DNA of 64,000 bases from an uncultured Eubacteriales bacterium (GTDB lineage: Bacteria > Acidobacteriota > Aminicenantia > Aminicenantales > UBA4085): the NCBI GenBank assembly GCA_964557435.1, contig CAZLAM010000018.1, positions 23,021 to 87,020 of the forward strand, written 5' to 3'. The translations under genes were made by a program, and so were the position numbers. The notes under the pieces were generated by a model, which was not told the DNA's origin, ran no database searches, and worked only from the letters and a program-made list of their open reading frames with translations. Shown here in pieces: positions 44,006-53,546 of this stretch. Every line of letters begins with the position of its first letter. Within the stretch, counting starts at the first letter, position 1.

Positions 44006-47000
44006 GTTCCGGACTTTGCAGACATGCGCTGGACTTTGGTGAGCAAGTCCTGCGGTTTTTGCAGGGCAAGTCCCGGGTATTTCCGGGGCATCCCCAGGTC
44101 TTCAGGCCGGGGAGTCGAAGGGGTTTATTCCCGCCGGGCAATAAGGGGATACGATTCCGATTTTGGAAAAGCGGATCACGTCCCTCCATTTCCACTTTTC
44201 CCTCTGGAACTCCAATATTCATGAATAATGCCGACGAAATGTTATATGTTAAGACCTGACCCCCAACCCCAACAGATTCCGGCAAAGCCGCCGCGAAGGA
44301 ATATCGGCCCGAGCCGATTTCGAACACGGCGGCGCCCTGTTCCCACCGGAGATAGCGGACGCCGTCGGACCCGACGGCCGGCCTCTTTCCTTCCCGGACG
44401 GTTTGGGGATCATCGGACGGGACATAAACGAGCGCCGTCGCGTTGGGAGGAATGGCGACATCCAGAATGAATCGGCCGTTTTCGATCCGCCATTCGCTCC
44501 GGACCTCACCCCGCACCGTGAGGACTCCGCCCTTGACCCACTCCAAACCCCCGACGGGCTGGGGCCGGATGACGATCCGGTCGAATCCCACGGCGTCGGG
44601 AGCAGGCTGGATGCCGGCCAGCCATTGAAAAAACCACTCGCTGACCGAGCCGAACATCGGATGGTTGTGCGAAAACGTGTTATCGCTGAAGTCCCAGTGC
44701 TCCCAGAGCGTGGTCGCTCCGCGGGCCAGCATGTATCCCCAGCCGGGAAACTCCCGCCTGTTGACGAGCTCGAAGGCAAGGTCGGCCCGCCCCGCCCGGG
44801 ACAAGGCATTCAGAAGGAATTTCGTCCCGAAGATGCCTGTCGTCACCTGCGGCCCCGGCGCGGCCAGGACCATCCCGACGAGCGCCTGTTCGGCGGCGCC
44901 CCGCTCTTCGGCGGGAAGAAGCCCCAGTTCAAGCGCCGCAGCCAACCCGGTCCGGGTCATGGACATGAATTTGTCCGGCCCCGGAGCGAGGACTCGTTCG
45001 AGATAAGCGGTTCGGATGGAATCGGCCAAGCCGGCGTATCGGACGGAGTCGTCCCTTTTCTCCAAAAGCCGGGCCAAGGACGAAACGATCCCAGCCGTTT
45101 GATAAAAAAGCGGCGTCACCAGGACAGGCACGTCGGTCGGGGTGAGGCTTTCATGGTCGGAGAGCCCGTCGCGGATGATGAAGTCGGGATTCTGCCCGAC
45201 CACGAGATCGAGCCACCGCCGCGACGCCTCGTACTGTTCTTCGACCAGGCGACGGTCACCGTAATAACGAACAAGCTGCGCCTGGAGAAGCGGATGGGCC
45301 ATGGCCCAAGCCAAGCCGCAATACTGTATTCCGACGAACGGCGCCGTGTCCGTCAGCATCCCGTCGGGCCGGACGGCGTCCGACCAGTCGCCGGCGGCCT
45401 TGGCGTAAAAGCCTTCCATGCCGAAATTTAATAGAAACGCGTCGCTTGTGGCGACGAGATCCCCTCCGTAGCCGAACTTCTCCCGGTGGGGACAGTCCGA
45501 TTGGACGCTGAAGATGTTGCTCAGGAAAGTCCGCCGGGTCATCTCCTGGATGCGGTTGAGGAGGTCGTTCGAACAGGTGAACGTGCCGGTTTCCACGACG
45601 TCCGAGTTCAACCGAAGCCCTTCCAGGTCGTCCGGCTTCGGCGCGGCCGGCAGTCCGGAGACCTCCGCATAGCGAAAGCCGTGGAACGTGAACCGGGGCG
45701 TATAGATCTCTTCGCCGCCGCCCTTGGCAATATAGGTATCGGACGGCTCGGCGATTTCGGGCGAACCCGGTCCGCCGATGAGCGCGCCTTCTTTATCCTT
45801 TCCCTTGATCTGGCCGCAGACGCCGGTCATGGGATTGAGGCTGCCGTCGGGATAAAGCAGTTCGCCGAAGCGGATCTTGACCGGCGTCCCGGCGGGCGCG
45901 CAAAGACGAAGGCTCGCCCACCCGGCGAAATTCCGGCCGAGGTCAAAGATGAAGACGCCGGGTTTCGGCTCGGTGAGCGCAACGGGCCGGATCCGCGCGG
46001 TGATTCTTATCGGCGGCTGGGGCTGGGCTTGCAGGGGCCCCGCAGGATCGGGGCAAAGGACGGCAGCCTCCCAGTCTTCATCGTCCAACCCCGGACTGTC
46101 CCACCCCGGGACCTCCCGACGGGCGTCATAGACCTCGCCGAGGTAGACGTTGTTGCGGAGAAGGGGACCGCCCCGGACCTTCCAGGTCGAATCCGTGGCC
46201 ACCGTGATTCGGGAGCCGTCTTCGAACTCGACCTGCAATTGCCCGAACAGGCGCGGACGCCCGACCGGGAGCGCCTGGCGCAGGTTCCGGCTTCCCCACA
46301 GGCGCAGAGGCAGGGGATTGTACCAGCCGTTGCCGACCGCGACCCCGATCGCGTTTTGGCCCTCCCGGAGAAGCCCGGTGACGTCATAAGCGCTGTAATA
46401 GACCCGTTTTTGATAATTCGTCCAACCCGGATCGAGGACCTGATCCCCGACCCGGCGTCCGTTCAAGAACGCTTCATAATAGCCGAGCCCGGTGATGTAA
46501 AGACGGGCGCGCACAACTCCTGGGGGAAGAACGAAGGACTTCCGGAAGAGTGGCGCCGGATCGTCCCCGTAAAAATCCTCGTCCCTGCCGGGCAGGGGTT
46601 TTCCGTCTTCGATCCATCGCCCTTTCCAATCGCTCGGATCAAGAATGGCCGTTTCCCAGAACGCGGGCCGGCTCCAGTCCGAAGGGGCTCCACCGCCGTC
46701 CCAGACCCGGACTTTCCAAAAACACCGCATCCCGCTCCGGAGCGGCTTCCCGTCATAAACAATATGGAGGGTTTCCCGGGACCCGACCTTGCCGCTGTCC
46801 CAGAGGCTTCCCCGGTCGGAGTTCAGGGATTCGAGCGAATCGGCGACGAGCACCCGGTAGGCCGTCTGAATCTCCGCGCGGCGGATTGATACCAGAATCC
46901 AGCTCAACCGCGGCCGGGGAGAGTCGATCCCCAGGGGATCGACGCGATATTCGCACCTTAATCCCCGGGCAACGATTCCGCCGGGGGCCGGGCTCGACAC

Positions 47001-47078
47001 CGGATACGGCCGGACCAGGAAGCAGGCCCCGGCCGCCAGGGAGATCGTCAGCACCGCTATGCCTCTTTTTCGTTTCAT
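43992..47078 (-). CDS. GH78 alpha-L-rhamnosidase (3' ~97 codons probably non-native read-through)
   Basis: Start set to ATG 47078 (signal peptide MKRKRGIAVLTISLAAGACF), not ORF-track 47174. GLRCEYRVDPLGIDSPRPRLSW and downstream GH78 blocks. The family-like end is ...FEIGSGRYSFAAAL near 44283. The ORF then continues through lower-GC repeat DNA to 43992. Confidence 0.85.
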   Translation of the reverse strand: MKRKRGIAVLTISLAAGACFLVRPYPVSSPAPGGIVARGLRCEYRVDPLGIDSPRPRLSWILVSIRRAEIQTAYRVLVADSLESLNSDRGSLWDSGKVGSRETLHIVYDGKPLRSGMRCFWKVRVWDGGGAPSDWSRPAFWETAILDPSDWKGRWIEDGKPLPGRDEDFYGDDPAPLFRKSFVLPPGVVRARLYITGLGYYEAFLNGRRVGDQVLDPGWTNYQKRVYYSAYDVTGLLREGQNAIGVAVGNGWYNPLPLRLWGSRNLRQALPVGRPRLFGQLQVEFEDGSRITVATDSTWKVRGGPLLRNNVYLGEVYDARREVPGWDSPGLDDEDWEAAVLCPDPAGPLQAQPQPPIRITARIRPVALTEPKPGVFIFDLGRNFAGWASLRLCAPAGTPVKIRFGELLYPDGSLNPMTGVCGQIKGKDKEGALIGGPGSPEIAEPSDTYIAKGGGEEIYTPRFTFHGFRYAEVSGLPAAPKPDDLEGLRLNSDVVETGTFTCSNDLLNRIQEMTRRTFLSNIFSVQSDCPHREKFGYGGDLVATSDAFLLNFGMEGFYAKAAGDWSDAVRPDGMLTDTAPFVGIQYCGLAWAMAHPLLQAQLVRYYGDRRLVEEQYEASRRWLDLVVGQNPDFIIRDGLSDHESLTPTDVPVLVTPLFYQTAGIVSSLARLLEKRDDSVRYAGLADSIRTAYLERVLAPGPDKFMSMTRTGLAAALELGLLPAEERGAAEQALVGMVLAAPGPQVTTGIFGTKFLLNALSRAGRADLAFELVNRREFPGWGYMLARGATTLWEHWDFSDNTFSHNHPMFGSVSEWFFQWLAGIQPAPDAVGFDRIVIRPQPVGGLEWVKGGVLTVRGEVRSEWRIENGRFILDVAIPPNATALVYVPSDDPQTVREGKRPAVGSDGVRYLRWEQGAAVFEIGSGRYSFAAALPESVGVGGQVLTYNISSALFMNIGVPEGKVEMEGRDPLFQNRNRIPLLPGGNKPLRLPGLKTWGCPGNTRDLPCKNRRTCSPKSSACLQSPEHDQG
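44100..44130. repeat. Half copy of the REP-like hairpin (R1 family)
   Basis: CTTCAGGCCGGGGAGTCGAAGGGGTTTATTC matches 4941-4971 at 28/31 positions (loop, right arm and 3' flank). Confidence 0.75.
44226..44267 (+). repeat. 42-nt repeat module R3 (TAATGC-N5-AAATGTTATATGTTAAGACCTGACCCCCAAC), copy 1
   Basis: 44237-44267 is identical over 31 nt to 63476-63506. The extended 42 nt match at 39/42. Both copies abut the 3' end of a minus-strand hydrolase gene in the same orientation. Confidence 0.85.
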
Positions 47079-47103
47079 GGCCGTCCCGGCGGCAGGCCCG
47101 CCG

Positions 47104-48513
47104 CTATTTGAATTTGGCCCGGTCTTCAAGCAGGGCCTTGATCCTCCGGTCGCATCGTCCGCGCAGATCGGCAAGTTCAGCGGTAAAACGCGGCTCCCCG
47201 GCCAGGTTCAATTTTTCATCGGGATCATTCCGGAGATCGAACAGCTCGATGTATTCCGGATGTCGGGGATAGCGGATGAATTTCCAGCGGTCCGTCCGGA
47301 CGCATTCGCTTGGGGGGATGTCCGGGTGGTCCCAGAGCTCCTCGCAGAAGATCTCGTCGCGCCAGGCCGGAGCCCCCCGGCCGAGAAGAGGCCTCAAGCT
47401 TCGTCCCTGGATCAGCGGCGGGATTGGAACGCCGGCGAAATCCATGAGGGTCGGGGCCAAGTCGATGTTGAGCGCCATTTCCTTTTTGACCAGGCCGCGG
47501 TTCTCGCCCGGAGCCCGGGGATCATAGACGATGAGCGGGACGTTGATCGACAAGTCGTACATCAGCCACTTGTCGGCGTAGCCCCGTTCGCCCAGGAAAT
47601 AGCCGTTATCCGAGGCGTAAATTATGATCGTGTTCCGGTCCAATCCGAGGCGGGCGAGCTCGGCTGTAATCCGGCCGAGGACCAGGTCGATGCCGCTGAT
47701 CATCCGGTAATAGCCCTTGACCATAATCTGGTATTTTTCGGGAGTATCGAACCGCCAGGCCCAGCGCGTCCGGCTCATCGTGTTTTTCAGAAACTCGGGC
47801 TGGGCCTCGTAATAGGCCGGGGCCGCCATTTCCGGGACCGGGATGCGGACGTCCCGATACAGATCGTCCACGGCGGGCGGCCAGAAATACTGGGCCGGAT
47901 TATCGTCGTCGGCGTGCGGAGCCCAGGGGCACCAGGCCAGGCAGAACGGCCGTCCCGGCGTGACGCCGCGGAGGAATTCCACAACGGCCTCGCCCTCGAC
48001 CTCGGTCATGTGCCGCTCGACGCCGCCGACCGTCTGGATGTGGGGAAGGCCCGTGGTTTTCAAAAAGTCGAACATCTCCCCCTGGACGCCCTCCCCGACT
48101 TGAACCCCGAATTTTCCGACGAATCCGGTCTTGTACCCGGCCCGGCGGAGGACGACCGGATAGCTGATGTCCGTGAAGGCCCGGGTCAACGGCGGCTTGG
48201 TGAACGTATAGGTGTGCGTCCGCTCGAAGGTCCCGCTGAAAATGCTGGCTCGGCTGGCCGCGCAGATCGGGGTCGTGACGAAGGCCCGTTCGAACCGGAC
48301 GCCGTCGCGGGCCAGCCGGTCGACGTTCGGCGTCTTGATGATCGGGTTTCCGGCGCAGCCCATCGTGTCGAAGCGCTGGTCGTCGGTCAGGACGAAGAGG
48401 ATGTTCGGCCGCCCGGCATCCGCCTCTCCGCGGCGGACCCGCGAACCGAAAGTCAGTCCGCCGAAACCGGCCGCGGACATTTCCAGAAACTTCCGGCGCG
48501 AGAGCATCGCCAT
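47104..48513 (-). CDS. Tat-exported sulfatase (formylglycine-type)
   Basis: Start set to ATG 48513 (MAMLSRRKFLEMSAAGFGG, twin-arginine), not ORF-track 48801. ILFVLTDDQRFD. FGly-type motif C-A-A-S-R (TTPICAASRASIFSG). It lies 5 nt after the permease stop. Confidence 0.85.
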   Translation of the reverse strand: MAMLSRRKFLEMSAAGFGGLTFGSRVRRGEADAGRPNILFVLTDDQRFDTMGCAGNPIIKTPNVDRLARDGVRFERAFVTTPICAASRASIFSGTFERTHTYTFTKPPLTRAFTDISYPVVLRRAGYKTGFVGKFGVQVGEGVQGEMFDFLKTTGLPHIQTVGGVERHMTEVEGEAVVEFLRGVTPGRPFCLAWCPWAPHADDDNPAQYFWPPAVDDLYRDVRIPVPEMAAPAYYEAQPEFLKNTMSRTRWAWRFDTPEKYQIMVKGYYRMISGIDLVLGRITAELARLGLDRNTIIIYASDNGYFLGERGYADKWLMYDLSINVPLIVYDPRAPGENRGLVKKEMALNIDLAPTLMDFAGVPIPPLIQGRSLRPLLGRGAPAWRDEIFCEELWDHPDIPPSECVRTDRWKFIRYPRHPEYIELFDLRNDPDEKLNLAGEPRFTAELADLRGRCDRRIKALLEDRAKFK

Positions 48514-48518
48514 CGGCG

Positions 48519-49544
48519 TCACCCGGCCTTTTGCTTGTCGCTGTAGATTTCCCGGACGCGGTCGACCACGATCGCCAGCAGGATCAGAAGCCCGAGGAAC
48601 GAGTTGGCGTAGTAGGGGTTCGCTTTCACCTCGACCAGCCCATGCTTGATCAGCATGAAGATGGCCGAACCCATGAAAATGCCCAGGGCCGAAATGATTC
48701 CGCCGTTGAGGCCCGTTCCGCCGATGATGGCCACGGCGAAGGAGATGATCAGCCAGTCGTCTCCGGTCTCCGGCGCGGCCGAACCGAGCTTGGACGCCCA
48801 CAGCACGGCGGCGAGCGCGGCGAACGCGCCGGACAGGACGTGGGCCCAGATGACCATGCGGTCCGTATGGATCCCGGAGAGCCGCGCCGCGGCCGCGTTG
48901 CCGCCCGTGGCCAGCAGGCGGCGGCCGAAGACCGTGTTCCTGTACATATAGCCGACCAGCCCGAGGAGGGCGACCACAAGCAGAAAGACGTAGGGAACGC
49001 CGAGCAGGCTTTTTTGCCCGATGAAGCTGAACGACTCGGGAACCTTATAGGGAGACCCTCCGGAGATGCCCGAGCGCAGCCCCATGAAGATGAACATCAT
49101 CGACAAGGTGACGATGAACGAATCGATTTTGAGCCGGGTGATGAGCACCCCGTTGATCGCGCCGGCCAGGGCGCCGACGCCGAGGGCGATGGCGACGGCC
49201 AGCCACGCCGGCAGTCCCCAGGTCTCGAGGCCGAGCCCGAGAATGATGGTGGTGATGCTGCCGATCGCACCGACGGCCAGGCTCATCTGACCGACGACCA
49301 GGCAGAACGCCTGGCTCAGGGCGACCAGGACATAGAAGGCCATCTGCCGCGACACAACAAACATGGTGTAGCCGCTGAGAAAGCTCTGCGACAGGAGGGC
49401 CAGGCTGGTGAAAAGGAGCGCCGTGGAGATGATCAGGCCGAGCGTCCGCCCGCTGATCCGTTCGCGGCGGTCGCCGGCCGCGGCGGCCGGGCGTTGCGCC
49501 AGGGAGCTTTTCGTTTCGTTCGTGGACATAATCGTGTTCTCCAT
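48519..49544 (-). CDS. Sugar ABC transporter permease (ribose/xylose-type, BPD_transp_2)
   Basis: About 9-10 hydrophobic helices and a typical RbsC-like sequence. ATG 49544 overlaps the ATPase stop (TGATG); the ORF-track start 49547 is a TTG. Confidence 0.85.
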   Translation of the reverse strand: MENTIMSTNETKSSLAQRPAAAAGDRRERISGRTLGLIISTALLFTSLALLSQSFLSGYTMFVVSRQMAFYVLVALSQAFCLVVGQMSLAVGAIGSITTIILGLGLETWGLPAWLAVAIALGVGALAGAINGVLITRLKIDSFIVTLSMMFIFMGLRSGISGGSPYKVPESFSFIGQKSLLGVPYVFLLVVALLGLVGYMYRNTVFGRRLLATGGNAAAARLSGIHTDRMVIWAHVLSGAFAALAAVLWASKLGSAAPETGDDWLIISFAVAIIGGTGLNGGIISALGIFMGSAIFMLIKHGLVEVKANPYYANSFLGLLILLAIVVDRVREIYSDKQKAG

Positions 49545-51052
49545 CAATTCAAATGCCGCCCGATGGCCGCGCTGACCTCGGCATACGTTTTCACCCCGTC
49601 GTCCACGCCGGTGATCTCTCCCGCGACGCGGTGGTCCTTGAAGACGAGAATCCGACTGGCCACCCGGATGATCTCAGGCATGTCCGAGGAGATCAGGATG
49701 ATCGCCTTGCGCCGGTTTTTGGCCAGGTCCCAGATCAGCTGATGAATCTGTTCCTTGGCCCCGATGTCCACCCCAACCGTCGGCTCGTCGATGATCAGTA
49801 TATCGCAATCTGCGGCCAGCCACTTGGAGATGCAGATCTTCTGCTGGTTGCCGCCGCTGAGGTCCTCGGTCTTCTGGTTCGGTCCCGTGGCCCGGATGTT
49901 CAAGTCCCGGATCATGTCCCGGGTGATGCGGATTTCCTTGATCCGGCTGATATAGCGGATCAGGGGCCGGATGATCCGCGGCCAGACCGCGATGGTCACG
50001 TTTGTGCTGACCGGCGACTGCAGGAGAAGCCCTTCTTCCTTCCGGTTTTCGGTGACGTAGCCGAGGCCGTAGCGCTCCAGGCTGTCGGCGACGCTGCGGA
50101 TGCGCGCTTTTTCGCCGCGGACGTAGATCGCGCCGCCGTCCAGCCGGTCCTCCCCGATCAGGACGCGGGCCAGTTCGGTGCGGCCCGCCCCGACCAGTCC
50201 GTAGAAGCCGAGGATTTCGCCCTGGCGGACCATGAAGCTGACATCCTCGACCTTGCCTTTCCGGACCACGCCTTCGGCCCGGAGCATCTCCCGGCCGCGG
50301 TCTCCGTCGAGCCGGCCCAGATGGGCTTGGGTGACGTCGCGTCCGATCATCATTTTAACCAGCTCCGCCAGGTTCAGCTCGCCGATCCGCTTCGTTCCGA
50401 CAAGCCGGCCGTCGCGGAGCACGCTGACTTTGTCGCACAGGGCGAACACCTCTTCGAATTTGTGCGAGACGAAGATGATCGTGACGCCCTTATCCCTCAG
50501 GCCCCGCAGGATCCCGAAGAGATTACCGGCCTCATGCTCCGTGAGGGAGCTCGTCGGTTCGTCCAGGAGCAGGACGCGGGCGTCGGCGGCGAGGGCCTTG
50601 GCGATCTGGACCAGCTGTTTGTGGGCGGCGCTCAAGTGCTTGATGACCGTGTTCGGCGGAAGCGGCAGGCCGACCAGGTCCAGGTATTGGCGGGCGACGC
50701 GGTTGACCGCGGCCCAATCGATGATCCCCGTCTTCCCCCGGGTGATCAGCTTGTCAAGCATGATGTTCTCGGCGATGGTGCTGTCGGGGATGACCTGGAT
50801 TTCCTGGCTGACGATGTCGATGCCCTGGGCCAGGCTGTCGCGGTAGCTGCGGAAGCGCAAAGGCCGCTCTTCGTAGGCGACCTCGCCGCCGTCGGGCTGA
50901 TAGATCCCGGTAATGATTTTGATCAGGGTGCTTTTGCCGGCGCCGTTCTCGCCGACGAGGGCGTGGATCTCCCCCGGCTCGAAGCGCACGCTCACATCGT
51001 CCAACGCTTTGACGCCGGGAAATCGCTTGCTGATGCCTTTGAGCTCCAGCAT
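49544..51052 (-). CDS. Sugar ABC transporter ATP-binding protein (duplicated ATPase, RbsA/MglA-type)
   Basis: Two nucleotide-binding domains. Walker A motifs GENGAGKST and GLVGAGRTE. Signature-like LSAAHKQ and LSGGNQQK. Confidence 0.9.
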   Translation of the reverse strand: MLELKGISKRFPGVKALDDVSVRFEPGEIHALVGENGAGKSTLIKIITGIYQPDGGEVAYEERPLRFRSYRDSLAQGIDIVSQEIQVIPDSTIAENIMLDKLITRGKTGIIDWAAVNRVARQYLDLVGLPLPPNTVIKHLSAAHKQLVQIAKALAADARVLLLDEPTSSLTEHEAGNLFGILRGLRDKGVTIIFVSHKFEEVFALCDKVSVLRDGRLVGTKRIGELNLAELVKMMIGRDVTQAHLGRLDGDRGREMLRAEGVVRKGKVEDVSFMVRQGEILGFYGLVGAGRTELARVLIGEDRLDGGAIYVRGEKARIRSVADSLERYGLGYVTENRKEEGLLLQSPVSTNVTIAVWPRIIRPLIRYISRIKEIRITRDMIRDLNIRATGPNQKTEDLSGGNQQKICISKWLAADCDILIIDEPTVGVDIGAKEQIHQLIWDLAKNRRKAIILISSDMPEIIRVASRILVFKDHRVAGEITGVDDGVKTYAEVSAAIGRHLN

Positions 51053-51071
51053 GGCCGGTCCCTTCTTCAGC

Positions 51072-52088
51072 TCACTTGGGGGCGCGCAGATACTTCGTTT
51101 TGAGATCGGCGGCGATGCCGTCCGTGATCTTGCGGACCTCGGCGGCGAACGTGTCCACGTTGTCCCTGGTCACGATGACGATACCCGCGTCGATGAATTG
51201 ATAATCCTGCACCGGCGACCAGCCGTCGAGCAGAAGCTTGAGGAGCAGGCAGGAGATATAGCCGTGCCCGGGCGGATTCTGGGCGATCGTCGCGTCGATG
51301 GAGCCATCCCGGATCGCCTGCAGAACGGTGGATCCGGTGTCGATCCCGATGAAGCGGATGCGCTTGTGCTGGGGATCCTTGTGCCATTCGGTCAGGACGG
51401 AGGCGGCCGCAATCGTCGGATTATAGCCCGTGGTGATGATCCCGTCGATCTCGTCCATCCGGGCGGCCAAGGCGCTCTGAATCTTGACCGTGGCTTCGCT
51501 GACCTGGGTCATGTCCGAGATCGTCTGGATGATTTCGACGCCGGGGTGCCGGGCGACGACGTCCCGGATGCCGTCATCGCGCTTTTTCGTGTTGATGTCG
51601 GTGACCAGCTCGAGGACATTCAGGATCCGGCCCTTTCCTCCCATCAGGTCGATCAGACGTTCGGCGGCCGTCATGGCGGCGGCCTTGATATCGGTGGCCA
51701 CGGTGAACACGGCCGGCGTGGGCAGGCCCGGTTCCGCGCCGTAAGCCACGACGAGCTGGCCGCGGTTCTTCAATTGGGCGAACAGCGCGTTGGCGCCGGC
51801 GGGATCGCCGGGATAGATGCTGAAGGCCTTGTGGCCCCTCGTGGACAGGGCCTCGACGTTGACGTTCTCGTTGTCCTGCGTCCACTGTTGTCCGACGACC
51901 TTGAGAACGGCGACCCCGGTTTCCTGTTCCATCCGCTCCGCGCCGCCGCGGACCTCGGTCTTGTAAGGATGCGGCATCATGCCATACCAGACGATCGGCT
52001 CGACGTCCGTTTTTTTTCGGCCGATGTTCACGACGATGACGACGGCCGCCAAGGCGATGACGGCCGCAATCAGGGCGATCTTTTTCAT
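51072..52088 (-). CDS. Sugar ABC transporter periplasmic substrate-binding protein (type I PBP, RbsB-like)
   Basis: N-terminal anchor/signal and Peripla_BP-like sequence. It lies 19 nt upstream of the ATPase gene. Confidence 0.85.
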   Translation of the reverse strand: MKKIALIAAVIALAAVVIVVNIGRKKTDVEPIVWYGMMPHPYKTEVRGGAERMEQETGVAVLKVVGQQWTQDNENVNVEALSTRGHKAFSIYPGDPAGANALFAQLKNRGQLVVAYGAEPGLPTPAVFTVATDIKAAAMTAAERLIDLMGGKGRILNVLELVTDINTKKRDDGIRDVVARHPGVEIIQTISDMTQVSEATVKIQSALAARMDEIDGIITTGYNPTIAAASVLTEWHKDPQHKRIRFIGIDTGSTVLQAIRDGSIDATIAQNPPGHGYISCLLLKLLLDGWSPVQDYQFIDAGIVIVTRDNVDTFAAEVRKITDGIAADLKTKYLRAPK

Positions 52089-52151
52089 GGGTCCATCCTT
52101 CCGCTCCGGGGCCGGCTTATTGAATTCATATGAAAGTCTTCGGCGCGGCGC

Positions 52152-52160
52152 ATTATATCA
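52152..52160 (-). promoter_or_regulatory. Extended -10 promoter element upstream of the ABC transporter genes
   Basis: Minus strand reads TGATATAAT (TGn + perfect TATAAT), about 64 nt upstream of ATG 52088. No convincing -35. Confidence 0.3.
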
Positions 52161-52270
52161 CGATTCCGCGGCCGCCCCGAATGACGGGAGACCCCGGCCA
52201 CGGCCGGCTCGGACTTGCCTGGGGCTCCCGGAAAACCGGCCGGACCCCCGAGTACGGCGGAAGTTTACCC

Positions 52271-52289
52271 CCCTGGACACCGTCCAGGG
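52271..52289 (-). terminator. Stem-loop downstream of the Fe-ADH gene (possible terminator or processing site)
   Basis: CCCTGGAC-ACC-GTCCAGGG: 8-bp stem with a 3-nt loop, about 45 nt after stop 52335. No U-tract. Confidence 0.25.
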
Positions 52290-52334
52290 AACCGGCTGAG
52301 AAGATTTCCTGGCCCTGATTTCCGGCTCATTCCT

Positions 52335-53501
52335 TCAGCTCCGACCGCTTTTTTTCAAGAGCTCGAGGATATCATCCTGGTCGGCGATGCGGGGATGGTT
52401 TTTATAATCCGGGAGCACGAGCGAGGCCCGGGCCAAGGCTTTCAGTTCAGCGTCGGGAATCTTCAGGTCCTGAAGACAGATCCGCAGGCCGATCTTGTCG
52501 AGGAACGATTCGATCGCCTGGCCCGACTGCTCCGCGGCGTCTGCCGGACCGAGGTTCTCGAGCGAACGGTCGAAGATCCGGCCGGCGACGGCGAATTTTT
52601 CCGGCGCGGCGTCCCAGCTGTAGCGCATGACGGCCGGATAAATGCAGGCCAGCGCTTCACCGTGGGCGACGTGGGGATAGAGACCGCCCATGGCCATGCC
52701 GATTCCGTGGGGTAGCGTCACCCCGGCATTGGCGATGCAGAGGCCGGCCAGCGTGTCGGCCCAAGCCATCCAGGTCCTGGCCTCCAGGTCCGCTCCGGTT
52801 TCGACCGCGCCCGGAAGGTGTTGGGCGACAATCCGCAGGGCTTCCAGGGCCAGAAGATCCGTGTACGGAGAGCCGTTCGGATGGATATAGCTTTCGAAGG
52901 CATGGGCCAAGACATCGAATCCCGTCGCCGCGGTCACCTGCCGGGGGACGGTGAGCATGAGCTCCGGGTCGACGATGCAGACCTTCGGATAAAGGAGCGG
53001 GTGGTAGAGCGCCGACTTGTTTTTTTCCTTGGGATTCGTGACCACGGCCACCTGCGTCACCTGCGACCCGGTCCCGGACGTTGTCGTGACCGCGATGACA
53101 GGAAGCGTTTTGTCCGTGGGTTGGGTGTCGCGGAAGAAAAGATAATCCCAGCACGTCCCGGCATGCGTCGCTTCCACGGCTATGGCCTTGGCCGTGTCCA
53201 GGCTCGATCCGCCGCCCAGTCCCAGGACGACATCGGCCTGGAACTCCCTGGCCAGCCGCGCCCCTTCCGAGATCACGTCGGTCGTCGGGTTGGGCACGAC
53301 GCGGTCGAAATGGGCAAAGGGCAGGCCCTTGGCTTTCAACGCCTTTCGGACCTTGTGATGGAGGGGTTCCACCGCGGGAAAGACGGGCTCGGTGACGATC
53401 AGGCAGCGGCGTCCGAAGCGGGCGGCTGCGTCGGCGGCTTCGGCGATCCGGCCGGCGCCGAAACGGATCTCCGTCGGCTGGAAGTATTGGAATTCGTTCA
53501 T
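52335..53501 (-). CDS. Iron-containing (group III) alcohol dehydrogenase, lactaldehyde/propanediol oxidoreductase-like
   Basis: Start ATG 53501 (AGGAG RBS, 7-nt spacing); the ORF-track start 53507 is a TTG. GGGSSLDTAKAIA and the His-rich metal-site region of Fe-ADHs. Confidence 0.85.
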   Translation of the reverse strand: MNEFQYFQPTEIRFGAGRIAEAADAAARFGRRCLIVTEPVFPAVEPLHHKVRKALKAKGLPFAHFDRVVPNPTTDVISEGARLAREFQADVVLGLGGGSSLDTAKAIAVEATHAGTCWDYLFFRDTQPTDKTLPVIAVTTTSGTGSQVTQVAVVTNPKEKNKSALYHPLLYPKVCIVDPELMLTVPRQVTAATGFDVLAHAFESYIHPNGSPYTDLLALEALRIVAQHLPGAVETGADLEARTWMAWADTLAGLCIANAGVTLPHGIGMAMGGLYPHVAHGEALACIYPAVMRYSWDAAPEKFAVAGRIFDRSLENLGPADAAEQSGQAIESFLDKIGLRICLQDLKIPDAELKALARASLVLPDYKNHPRIADQDDILELLKKSGRS

Positions 53502-53546
53502 GACCAACTCCTTTTAGCTGCGTTCAATTCCGATCCGGGGTTTTTC

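Noticed and set aside
44228-44470. ORFs starting inside the R3 repeat module: 44228-44470 (MPTKCYMLRPDPQPQ...) and 63386-63592 (...MQPKCYMLRPDPQH...). Also the 6-codon mini-ORF MLYVKT.
   Set aside because: The shared peptide stretch is just the translation of the repeated DNA. Beyond it the ORFs run antisense through the 3' ends of well-supported genes and have no similarity to each other. No RBS is present. The mini-ORF is noted in the repeat finding but is not called as a gene.
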